DNA of 63,125 nt, counting the filler, from Nemertoderma westbladi (Eukaryota > Animalia > Xenacoelomorpha), in NCBI GenBank assembly GCA_032718475.1. It is 3 parts of 3 records of this genome, joined end to end, with 100 filler letters (N's around TTAATTAATTAA, not from the genome) between each part and the next. Parts side by side here need not be neighbours in the genome. Positions count along the whole stretch, not along the records: positions 31,407 to 57,420 come from JAUCBJ010002764.1; positions 57,521 to 63,125 come from JAUCBJ010000297.1; 1 more part is not named here. One strand, written 5' to 3'. The notes under the pieces were generated by a model that saw only the letters and a program-made list of their open reading frames with translations, did no database searches and was not told where the DNA came from. A program made the position numbers and the translations under genes. Shown here one piece after another: positions 49,508 through 60,617 of this stretch (its first letter is position 1; each line of letters starts with the position of its first letter).

Positions 49508-49811
49508 CTTTGTGCAGTTGGTTGGATAATATCTAACTATGCTTACTACATTTGAACTTTATAACAGTTTCTTTATATTAGAAGAAGCAGGATGAGTATT
49601 GGTGAATATTTAATAGTGAAATAAATATCGAATGAAAAGAAAAATCTGTCTACTTTGCTGAGAAGAATAAGGGCTCTACTTATATATAATAATATGGGCT
49701 TCCTCTAAAAATGTAAAATTGTAATCGAACTGGCTAGTTTTCTTTTGCTATTTTTCAGAAAGTAATGTGACGTTTTCTTGCATCAGTGAAATTTCAAGTA
49801 GTAATCAAAAT

Positions 49812-50551
49812 ATATAGTATTATTCTTACTTACTAATTGTATGTTATATAGTATATTCTTACTAATTTTATGTTATATAGTATATTCTTACTAATTGTAT
49901 GTTATATAGTATATTCTTACTAATTGTATGTTATATAGTATATTCTTACTAATTGTATGTTATATAGTATATTCTTACTAATTGTATGGTTATATAGTAT
50001 ATTCTTACTAATTGTATGTTATATAGTATATTCTTACTAATTGTATGTTAATAGTATATTCTTACTAATTGTATGTTATATAGTATATTCTTACTAATTG
50101 TATGTTATATAGTATATTCTTACTAATTGTATGTTATATAGTATATTCTTACTAATTGTATGTTATATAGTATATTCTTACTAATTGTATGTTATATAGT
50201 ATATTCTTACTAATTGTATGTTATATAGTATATTCTTACTAATTGTATGTTATATAGTATATTCTTACTAATTGTATGTTATATAGTATATTCTTACTAA
50301 TTGTATGTTATATAGTATATTCTTACTAATTGTATATTAAATAGTATATTCTTACTAATTGTATGGTTATATAGTATATTCTTACTAATTGTATGGTTAT
50401 ATAGTATATTCTTACTAATTGTATGCTATATAGTATATTCTTACTAATTGTATGTTATATAGTATATTCTTACTAATTGTATGTTATATAGTATATTCTT
50501 ACTAATTGTATGTTATATAGTATATTCTTACTAATTGTGTTAAATAGTATA
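49812..50551. repeat. 29-bp AT-rich tandem array, ~25 copies
   Basis: Unit TTACTAATTGTATGTTATATAGTATATTC. Confidence 0.97.
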
Positions 50552-50651
50552 TGGGTAGTGTATGGGTATATATAGTATATGGGGTTACGAGTACGCTTTG
50601 TAGCGAGTTTGGTAACGTGTTTATTTAATATAGAGTAGTATGCGATAGTTT

Positions 50652-52219
50652 TTAATAGTCGCTATTTGCATAGCGTTGGGGAGGTCTGATGGTTCTCCCT
50701 GATCGGGTGTGGGTAGGGGTACCGTTAGGGGGCGTCACATATGGGCTACGTGCCGGTGGCTGTGCCTGAGCCAGCGCTGGGCGGCTGGCGACCTCGCTCC
50801 AAGTAGCTTTGGTGTCTGATGGTGGGTTGGGCTGTGGTACTGTTGGTGGCTGTCTCTCGGTTGATGGTGTGGGGAGGCTGCTAGGTGGCGCTGTAAATTG
50901 CCGTGTGCATAGGAAAACGCGGTTGCGCCTCAGGACTTGGCCGCTTTCCTGTCGCACAAGGTAGTCGTGGTTGGGCATGGCCTCGACTATGGTTCTGTGT
51001 CCGGTCCATCACCTGTCGCGGGGGTCATGTATAAGGACGGGGTGTCTGGTTGGCAGTGCCTCCAGCGGCTTCGTGTGGCAGTTGTAGTTCGCTAACAGTT
51101 TTTCACGTGTAGTTTCCGCAATTGCGTCGAGTTAGTGGAACGTCTTGCGCCACTTCTCGTCCAATGCGGTGAAGTGGAAGGGGAGGGACTTACGGATATT
51201 GTGGCCATAAAGTAGTTCGGCGGGTGAGCATCCGCCGTAACGTGGAGTGCTTCAGAATGCCAGTATCCCGCGTGCTATCCCGTCCGAATCGTGTTTGGCA
51301 CCACGGATTATCTTCTTCATGGCCTTCACAGCGGCGTCCGCTCATCCGTTGGTGCGGGGGAGGTGGGGGCTGGATGGTTCCAGGGTGACACCCCACTGCC
51401 GGAGAAACTTTGTCACCTCCTCGGAAACGAGTTGTGTTCCACCATCTGGGTGGAAGATGGTAGGCACCGCTGTGGCGAGGAACAGCTTGCATAGGCAATT
51501 CACAATTACGTTGGAGTGGTTCCGCCGTGTGGGACAGGAGAGTTGTCTGACATGATTGGCACCACTCTAACACCTGTTTGACGTCGTGGGCGATAGATAG
51601 CCACCAAACGGACCGGATGGCTCAGTCCCGGGTCTTGTTGAGACCCTGCTGGGCGGCGTGGAGCTGGTGGAGGGTCTCCGGGCGCATCTCGGCTGGGATG
51701 TAGAGCTGTAGTCCACGGAGGATGATGCCGTCATGAACCATCAGTTCAGTGCGGTGCGTGAAGTAAGGCCAGATGAGGTCGTCCTCCACATTGTGTTTGG
51801 AGGTCGGCCAGCCCTCCCTTATTATGGATAACAGGGCCCGGTATACAGGGTCACGTTCGTCACATCACTGTTGGAGGCGGGCGTCTTGGGACTCAACTGA
51901 CGGGATCTCGCCGAACGCGGTGTTAATGATAAACTCACGGTCGGCGTCATCTTCAGCGGAGAGCAGGAGGTCGTCGGTCTGGGGGGGGGGGGGGGGATGT
52001 GGCGTGGTGCGCGGGAGAAGGCGTCCGCGATCAGGTGTTTCGACCCCTTCTGGTGTCTCGCTGTTAAGTTGTAGCGGGACAACAGTATTTTGAGTTTGAG
52101 GAGTCAGTCATTACTCACCTGGTCCAGGCGGCAGTCATTGAGGATGGGGATCAATGGGCTGCAATCCATGCCTATCTCGAAGTGATGCAACCCATCAAGA
52201 AAGTAATGACACTTGTGGG
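50652..52219 (-). mobile_element. Degenerate Gypsy pol (RNase H end, integrase Zn finger/core, C-terminus)
   Basis: PLIPILN, HLIADAFSRAP, LHAAQQG..VWW..CQSCQ, AVKAMKKII, SPAELLYG, YLVRQESGQVLRRNRVFL; stops and frameshifts. Confidence 0.85.
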
Positions 52220-52220
52220 C

Positions 52221-54511
52221 CTACTACTACTACTAGGATCGGCATGCTGCATTGCAGCTGCATTATTAAGAATGCTGTGCCGGCTTGTCGACAAAATTGC
52301 GCCGCCACAACTCCCTATCACCCATGACATTTGCTAGATCATCCGCATCTTCAAGGCCAGTGTCCTTTAACCCTATTAAACCCGGGGGAGGGGGTCAATA
52401 TGACCCCCCCCGTGGTTTTTTTATTATAATTCTGAAACAAACGCAGTTCGGAATCTGAAATTTTATGACTTTTCCTAAAAATCTATTGTCTTCCTAGTAG
52501 TGAAAACCGTTTTCAAAAATATTGGGTACTTTTCGAGTTATAGCACCATTTTTTAACCCTACTTTTGGCACTTTTTTTGAGACGTTTTTTGAAAATTACA
52601 TTTCATTAAATATGAATTGTAACATCTCTATTTTTTATTTGCACCGGTTTTTTGGTGTTAGAAATTTGATGGAATTCATATAAATTGATTTAGAAATTTC
52701 AAACTTGTTTTTTTCGGTGGGTGCCAAATTTTGGTGCCAGCACCAAATTTTGAAATAAGTCAATTTTGTAAATTGATCGTTTGAAACTTGTTTTTTACGC
52801 AATTGGGGTTTTTTGGGTTTCTGGATTCGATGAAATATATACGAGTTGCACCAAGCGTATCAAACTTGTATTTTTCGGTGCTTTGTGCAAATTTTGGTGC
52901 TAGCACGAAATTTTGAAAATCCATTCAATAGATAAAATTGCTTGTGACAATTTATTTCTTGCGTTTTAGAGGTTTATGGCTGTTCTGAATTCAATGGAAA
53001 ATATAATTATCGAACTAGACATCTCAAACTTGTATTTTTCGGATGTGGGTGCAAAATGTGGTGCTAGCACCAAATTTTGAAAACCATCAAATACCATATC
53101 AATTGATTGTGTCACCTTGTTTCTTGCGTTATACGGGTTTGTGATGGTTCTGAATTCAATGGAATCAGTAAAAATTTCATAAGAGTTCTCAAACTTGTAT
53201 TTTTCGCCGGTGGGTGAAAATTGTTGTGCCAGCACCAAATTTTGGAAAATATGCAAATTGATAAGTAGATAGTATCACCTTGTTTCTTGCGTTATACGGG
53301 TTTATGAGGGTCCTGAATCCGATGGAATCAATAAAAACAGCATTGGACATCGCAAACTTGTACTTTTTGGTGATGGGTGCGAAATTTGGTGCTAGCACCA
53401 AAATTTGCCAAATTACGCCGAAAAATACAAGTAGCAATGATCTGGCATATTAGAAATGTATTCCATTAGAATCAGCGCCCTCGAAAACCTGAAAATGTGA
53501 ATTTATAGCATCGTATAAGTGTTTTAAAAATTTTGTGTTCTAACTGAAAAGTGCTGGTTACTTGTTTTTTTCATTTTTTTCCTACGCTGAGAGGACTAAA
53601 CAGCCATTTATAGTAATCATATCATTTTTTAATATTTTCCAATGTATTTCGCACCCCAGAAAACCTGTATTGAAAAATAATTAGCCGAAAATGTAACTTT
53701 CAAATTTGGTGAAAATTGTGCACTACTTGTAATTTTGGTGCTGCAATATAACCACCCCAGTACATTTTTTCGAAAATTTTTTTTTTCGGTCGGATCCAGA
53801 CAAGTGATACCTACGTACAAACAAAAAATCAGACGTTTTCGTTAATATTTGTAGATTTTAGAGGGAGGGGTCAATATGACCCCCCCCCCGGTATTTGTAC
53901 AGCATTTTATAGCCCGGTACTAATAGGGTTAAGATGCGTCTCAAGAAAGTCATGGGCTGTCCACCATGCTTATTCACTCCATGAGGCTGCCAAAGTACAA
54001 GATTATGCACTGGCTGGTCCCCACGGCGAAAGCAATATCATGCAAAGCGGAGGTGATTTTGTTTTAGTGTCAAGCTTGGGGGAACCAATGAGACACCACC
54101 AATGTTATATAGTGTCTTGTTGGAGATGTGTGCATTGTACTTGACACAATGAACCCGGCGTAGTATTCTTGTGAATGTGCCATCCAGAGATTTGGTATCC
54201 TCAGCAGTTAGAGACCAGCCCAGCATGGACTCCCATAGAGGAGTACTGGAACTACTGCTGCTCTAAATAATCGGACCTTAAGTTTCTGATTAATTCTCGG
54301 TGACTTCCAAATCCTGGAAAGCCTATTCAAGGCTACCCATGCCTTTCCCATACGTATTCGAAGGTCCACACCTGACTTCCGGATCCATGAACCCAGGTAA
54401 CAGAAGTCGTCCACATGCTCAAGCAAACCATCTTTTGAGCTTATGCTCATCCGATCAGAGACTTGCTGAGGACTTTCAAAGTTAACTGTCAAAATTTTGG
54501 TCTTTCTGGAG
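52221..54511 (-). mobile_element. Second RTE copy (5'-truncated), split by a piggyBac-like insertion
   Basis: 52232-52370 and 53929-54511 closely match 33923-34622; (TAG)n tail at ~52221-52236. Confidence 0.92.
52371..53928. mobile_element. Non-autonomous piggyBac-like element, 1558 bp
   Basis: TTAA|CCCTATTA...TAATAGGG|TTAA. The empty site TCCTTTAAGATGCG is seen in the other RTE copy at ~34041. Subterminal GGGTCAATATGACCC at both ends; internal ~180-bp repeats. Confidence 0.92.
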
Positions 54512-54850
54512 CTATCTTTCTGAAACCCGCAATGAACTGATCGAGAATCTATTCATTGAAGTGGGCATCAGTGGAAGGGAGTGCCTCGAAGCTGCACTTG
54601 GCTGCGATTTCTCGCAGATCAACGAGGAACGCTTCCGGGGTTTCCTCGGTCAGTCGGGCGCGCCAGTCAGTTCTTGGCAGTGCACCAGCTTGTTGGTTCC
54701 TCCTTTAATGTGGGTGTTTAGGGAGGCGATCACGGTAGCGGTGTTTTGGTTGTCTGCTGCCGACAAACCGAGACCCTTCACGATGGCGTTCATGCTGCGC
54801 GAGAATGCCGTGGTTAGAGCGGCCTGCCATTGGCGATTCGTTACGCGCAG
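54512..54850 (-). mobile_element. Degenerate Gypsy gag fragment
   Basis: ..IASLNTHIKGGTNKLV.. / ETPEAFLVDLREIAAKCSF..ILDQFIAG, a gag capsid-like pattern. Confidence 0.65.
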
Positions 54851-54857
54851 TATTCCC

Positions 54858-54958
54858 AACTGCGTTTGTTTCAGAATTATAATAAAAAAACCACGGGGGG
54901 GGGGGGGGGGGGGGGGGTCATATTGACCCCCCCCCCCCCCCGGGTTTAATAGGGTTAA
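54858..54958 (-). mobile_element. Isolated end of the piggyBac-like family
   Basis: Reverse complement of ~52367-52448, including TTAA and CCCTATTAAACCCGG. Confidence 0.85.
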
Positions 54959-55048
54959 ACAAAATTTTATTAAACATTCGACGAATTTGCGCCTGGACAT
55001 CACTATTTTCAGTTGCAGTCAATATGCACCTCTATCTTGCACTTTTAA

Positions 55049-55586
55049 GGGCGGGGGGGGGGGGGGGGGGGGGGGGGGGTACACCATTTTCGGACAACTC
55101 TTTGAATTATCACTCTCAGCGTTTCTTTCAAAATTGTTTGGTTTTCGCTATAATTTGGAATATAGGAATGTTATTCTACATAACAGGTTTTATATTTCGC
55201 TATTTAATATTAGTTAATACTAGTTAACAATAATAAAAACTATTTAGCAAATTTATGCTAATTTTTTAGGTTTGTTATAAATAGTATTAAATTTTATAAA
55301 CAAATTATTTCAAAAAGTTGTCTGATACTTTTATGCAGAGTGGCTATGTAGACACCCACAGAAAGTTTCAGACTAATTTCTCAAATATTGTAGAAGTGGT
55401 AGGGTTTTGAAGTTGACAATTTCACACAAAAAATATCTCCCTAAATGGAAATTGTTATAACTTGAAAACTGAAAGAGCTATTAAATAGTGATTTATTTTC
55501 AGATTTGGAAATACCATGTAATGGTTCATTATAATAGATCATAAAAATAATTTGACATATTTTGGATCAAAATGTTGTACCCCCCC
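55049..55586. mobile_element. Kolobok-like MITE (truncated sibling at ~47289-47460)
   Basis: TTAA-G(n)TACA ... TGTACCCCCCC-TTAT; left end shared with the 47289 copy. Confidence 0.65.
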
Positions 55587-56124
55587 TTATTGTAGATTTA
55601 TACAGTATATTATATATTCTTAGCTTCTTTTTTTTGTTATTGTACGTACGCTGTACCGATCCTCGGTTCGTGTATGTTAATAATAATAATAATAATATAC
55701 TTGTACTCATATTTCCTTTGCGAGCTATAAACCATAATTTGGTGCAAATTTTTCAGTTTTGTATAACTTTTGAAATCTTTTGGTTGTGTTGACCTGTAGG
55801 GGTACGACAATATATTAGGCAGGTAGTAAGCAATATAATACTGCATTACAGGGCGCAAGGTTGCAATAGGTGATACTGGGGGTTGTGTAATAATTAAAGA
55901 AACTGATGTTACGGTATCAGTGAAATGTGAACATGAAATAGAGAGCATCAGAGAGAACTCGAACGCTTCTCTCTGCTTGTCATGTTCGTCTGCCGGTATT
56001 ATTCCATAGTTATGCATGCAAGCCTTTATGCGTGTTTGAGCATTTGGATGACTTCTTCTACATGGGAACATGTTCCGGAGTCAGTTGGACACCTTCGCAT
56101 AATGAAATGGCTGCATAGTGTCTC

Positions 56125-56250
56125 TTGTACAAAATTTGGAAGTCACATAGATTAAAACGGATTCTTTAGAGCAGCATTAGAACAAGTACTCCTATATGGG
56201 AGTCCATGTTGGGATCTAATTCCTGAGTATACCAAAAATCTGGATGACAA
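56125..56250 (+). mobile_element. Short degenerate RTE fragment
   Basis: KIWKS..FRAALEQVLLYGSPCW..TKNLD. Confidence 0.7.
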
Positions 56251-56612
56251 TCCTACATACAATGCAATACTGCAAAATAGTGCTCTATATATACTAATAC
56301 CGGTACTTATAGCCTAAGAGAACAGCAGTAGAGAAACCGGTAGCAAGGAACCCAACGTTTAGATTTCTGGAGGACATAAAAAGTAAAAAAAAGGACAAAA
56401 AAAGGATTTAAATGGACAAGAAAAATTATTGCGTAATAGTAAATATATTGGTGTGAAATTCAAATTCTATATCCAATAGGCCTACTTGCAATAATACTGT
56501 ATTATTCATGTCCTGTTTGCTGATTGAAAATCCATACTGTCGTACAACTACTGAACTATTCCTGTAAATCTGATATTTCAGTTTTGGTTTGTATTTTTAG
56601 TAATTATTTTAT

Positions 56613-57420
56613 AATGCCAAGAGAAAAGGACGAGCCAAACTTGCGATGCAGAAAGACAGAGGAGGTATGGGGCAGTTTCATTCTGTGCTACCGGTATCTA
56701 ATACCGGTACCGGTAGTACGACTATGGTATCATGTAGAAAGTTGCCACACGCTGGAAGAGATCGTGCTCGAAAAACTAAACTTTCGCAAAAGCTAGGAGG
56801 ATATCGAATCCAACATATGGATAATATAATGAATGTTATAAATAAATAATGCACATAACTCTGGTGGGTGTTGTGATGGCGATCTAACTTTTGATCAATG
56901 TGACGAAATACATGGTTTAGATTCATTCATCGAGATCGAATGTCTAAAATGTTCCTATAAAGACACCCTGGGATGCGCCAAGGGTTCTAAACATGTCAAA
57001 TTCTGTCAGTCGGCTGGTCATCTTAGCAGTCGAATTATAAATGCAATGTGCGAGTCTGGTACCGGACTTGAATCAATAAAAACTCTTATGTGAGTGTCTT
57101 GACATTCCTTTTTCACTTTCAAAGTCAAATTACGAAGCCCACATTAGTAAACTATCTGAGATAGCTAAAACAGTGTACGATTTAGAACTGGTAAAGTCAC
57201 GAAAAGAAGTGAGGGATAATATCGGTGTCGATGATGATGGAATGTGTAAGGAAGTGGTTACCTGTCAGCATGTGATGGAACGCGGAGCAGACGTGGATAT
57301 GTAGCGAATTATGGTGTCGTTTTTACAATCTCATTGCATACAGGCATAGTATTGGATTATGCCAGTGCAAGTAAGATCTGCAACAGTTGTCGGTTTGCAC
57401 CTTTTAAAAAAGAATTAGCA
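56613..57420 (+). pseudogene. Degenerate DDE transposase (DGTW-x-x-RG type; Mutator-like/Kolobok-related), cut by the gap
   Basis: CDGTRSRRGYVANYGVVFTISLHTGIVLDYASASKICNSC resembles the DGTWxxRG..G....I...TGKVLD....SK.C..C motif; frameshifts upstream. Confidence 0.7.
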
Positions 57421-57520
57421 NNNNNNNNNNNNNNNNNNNNNNNNNNNNNNNNNNNNNNNNNNNNTTAATTAATTAANNNNNNNNNNNNNNNNNNNNNNNN
57501 NNNNNNNNNNNNNNNNNNNN
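57421..57520. other. Artificial contig spacer
   Basis: N44 + TTAATTAATTAA + N44. Confidence 0.98.
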
Positions 57521-57819
57521 CATAAAATATTGTCGTATGCTAAAGTGGTTTTAATTAACTAAAAGACATATAAATTTTGGCAGGTTAAACTGCTAAAGGT
57601 CTTCAAAAGCGCGAACAGTCGCAATTTCGTTTCTCCCAAGTTCAGCATCCCTTTCAAGTTGATCTATATATGTTATGGCCGGTCGATGCCAGTCGTATGT
57701 TACGACTACGCTTTCCATGAGGTGGTTGCCAGAAAAGTAGATCTGATATGACCACGTTCTATCATGGCCTTGATGTCAGCCCTCCCACCCCAAGCGTTCT
57801 ATCATGGCATTTCTGACAA

Positions 57820-58470
57820 ACTGCATTTGGTCCGAACCAATTAGGTTGAACAAGCTGTAAGCCTCGCAGTTGATCATGCTGTTTCTCCACTTTTTGTTTA
57901 TAGGGATGTAATCCATTTGTGCTTTGGTTCCATTAGGGTATTGAAAGGTCTATAGCTTCCCCTTACTCTTTTCGAATGTGTTGTTTGTTGGTATCAATTC
58001 AAATTCTTCCATTAGGTCTAAAAGTAAGTACCCATTTGTATTAGAACTGGTGTTATAGGTGTAACCCTTGATGTCTTCTGGGCCAATTTGCGCATTCAGG
58101 TCACCAGCAATGACTTTAACATTGTGTTTCGGAATGTCCTTTATACAGTAAGTCCAGTCAGATCTTCATAAAGCTTGACTGATTGTTCTGGCTCTGAGGC
58201 ATTGGTTGGACTGTAGCAACATATAACTGTTGCCTTGGGATTCCCATCAAATGTTGCGATCATAACCCTGGAATATATAGATTCGATGTTGTTTAGGGTC
58301 TAAAGTGCAAATGGGCTTAGCAGCATTCCTACTCCACCAATTGATGCATTGGCCGAGTTTCTTACTCCTGAGCTTGTTACTTACGCAGTGTCTTCATGAC
58401 AAATATCCGATGTTCTTGGATGCAGATGATGTCGATGTTAAATTCCATTTCCAGAGCGAACATGTCATGT
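57820..58470 (-). mobile_element. Degenerate LINE apurinic endonuclease domain (RTE-like)
   Basis: GGVGMLL, ICCYSPT, VIAGDLNAQIG, NTNGYLLLDL, TFQYPNGTKAQMDYI, GSD; stops and frameshift. Confidence 0.85.
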
Positions 58471-58949
58471 CATGGTCGATGCTGTCAACCTTGTTAAATT
58501 GTTTCGTTCTGGATGGAATTCAATAGAAAGTAACCAGTTATCCTCCCCTACCGGTTCACCCTTTATCTCCCGTATTACTCGTGTTACTTGATGTTTTTTG
58601 CTCGTTGTGATTACTCGTTGTTGCTAGGTTACCAATATAATCAAATAGACAGGCCTGACTACTACAATTACTGAATCATAACCGGTTAATTATTTTAGCA
58701 ATTATTAGGACTAATAAAGTAGGCCTATTAATAGTTAGGCCTACCAGTTAATTATTTTAGTAGTTATGGACTAATAAAGTAGGCCTATTAATAGTTCGGC
58801 ATATCTGTAATAATATGGCGGTTATCTATACAGAAATCGACAGCCTAGATGTTGCCCAGTTCCTTTAATCCCGTTGATAACCTGTAACCTCAGAATATAT
58901 TAATCAACCCGGTGTTCCACCCAACAGCAACGATTCACAATCCGTTGGG

Positions 58950-59651
58950 ACTCAATACGATCTATTCGACCCCAAGAGTTCATTACCGTCTCAACAACGT
59001 CTACCATGTACCAACAACGAAACGACGGATTGTCCCTCCCCATCTACCGACACCACAGACTCCCCATCCGGTCCCCAAAACAGACTGTGGACCTCCTCAC
59101 TGTGCCCCCGGTATTGGTACAACAGCTTCCGGGTTCCGGTCCGCCAAACATTTTATCTGTTATCTTCGGAACTTCTGTACAACCGGGACCCGTTCGAGTT
59201 GAACCGAATACACCGAACCCTCTCAGAATGCCCCACCCAGTTAGTAACCTTATAGTTCCTCTCAGTTATTGATATTAATGAAATCCCCCCGTCTGCCCAA
59301 CATGTTGCTATGAGGTCCCAGTTGGAGGGATTTATATCTATTTCCTACCTCCGTTCATCCTCCCTCCCACCAACCACTAACTCCCTCCCCGGGACCGCCA
59401 CTAAGACCCTCCTACCAGTCGCTTCCCGCTCCCAGACTGTCACTGACCCACCCCTGCTCCCAGGTTCCCGAGGCAACACGGTTCCCGTCCGTAGAAACCG
59501 CGACTCTGTTGTAATCAGTAGAATCTCTGGATCGCGGTAGAGTTTCCTTTTCGTAGAGCGTTGACGAGTTTATTATACAGGGGAGGATGTCACACACGAA
59601 TACAACCTCCTCGGTACCCGGGATCCGTTTGAGTTCGCGGATCGGCGCCAT
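58950..59651 (-). pseudogene. WD40-repeat pseudogene (at least 4 blades)
   Basis: NRVAVSTDGNRVASG/SRGGSVTVWE; EIDINPSNWDLIATCWADGGISLISI; GHSERVRCIRFNSNGSRLYRSSEDNR*NVW; GHSEEVHSLFWGPDGESVVSVDGGGTIRRF. One frameshift and in-frame stops. Confidence 0.75.
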
Positions 59652-60617
59652 TGTTAGAAGGATTATTGGATCTGAAATAAATAATTAGTAGCGATATAAC
59701 CGGTATTACACCGCCGTAACGACGGACATTTATAGTTCCAGATTATTTTAGTTTTATTCTTCGATACGATTGCGGTTATAAATTTTATTAAATAAATTCA
59801 ATATTATTTAATGAATTAATTATTGTTGATTATCTTACAGAAACACAATTATTATCTACTAATAAATTGTTTCGCTATTGTTTGTTGATAGTGATTTAGT
59901 ATTGTTTTACTTATTAGTTTTAGGTTTATTGGTTGTGGACGGTTGGCTGGGTTTGGTTAGACTGTCAGAATGTCAATTTCACTTTGTCTATGGCTGTGAC
60001 AAACCTGAAGTCAATTCCGACCGGGACAATTCCGACCCGGTCATTCCGATTATATTACCGTACCGGTAGCTAGTATAATCTAAATCTCATAATAATTCAA
60101 AATCCAAATTAATTTATGTTTGGAGTTTGGTGTATATTACCCTACCTCGATAAACCAGGAACAAGGATTATACACTATAAAGTTATACGGATAGACGGAC
60201 TGGTTTGTCGACCCAGCAATGTCAGGGCGAATGTGTAAACAAAAAGCGAGAATTAATGATAAACTAGGTCTATAATATTAATATTAATACAATATTCAGA
60301 TATTAATCCAATAACTTACGCGGGTCTTGAAGTTTAAGAAATGGACATTGAGTAACCAAAAAAATTCCACGGTGTGAGTTATAATATTAAACCAATATAC
60401 GATGATATTAGATAAGTAATAACCGAGGATGTAATATTGGCCATAGAGGGAGAGGATGGCGTGATATAGGAAGGTGTGTCCATTTTGGATACATTGACAG
60501 AGACTGAGCAAACAATATACAGCAGTGAGTTGAAAATGACTAATGCTGCGTATTAATATTACCTTAAGGTCCATTAATGTGCAATGATAATAGGTGGAGA
60601 TTATTTTAGTACAGTAA

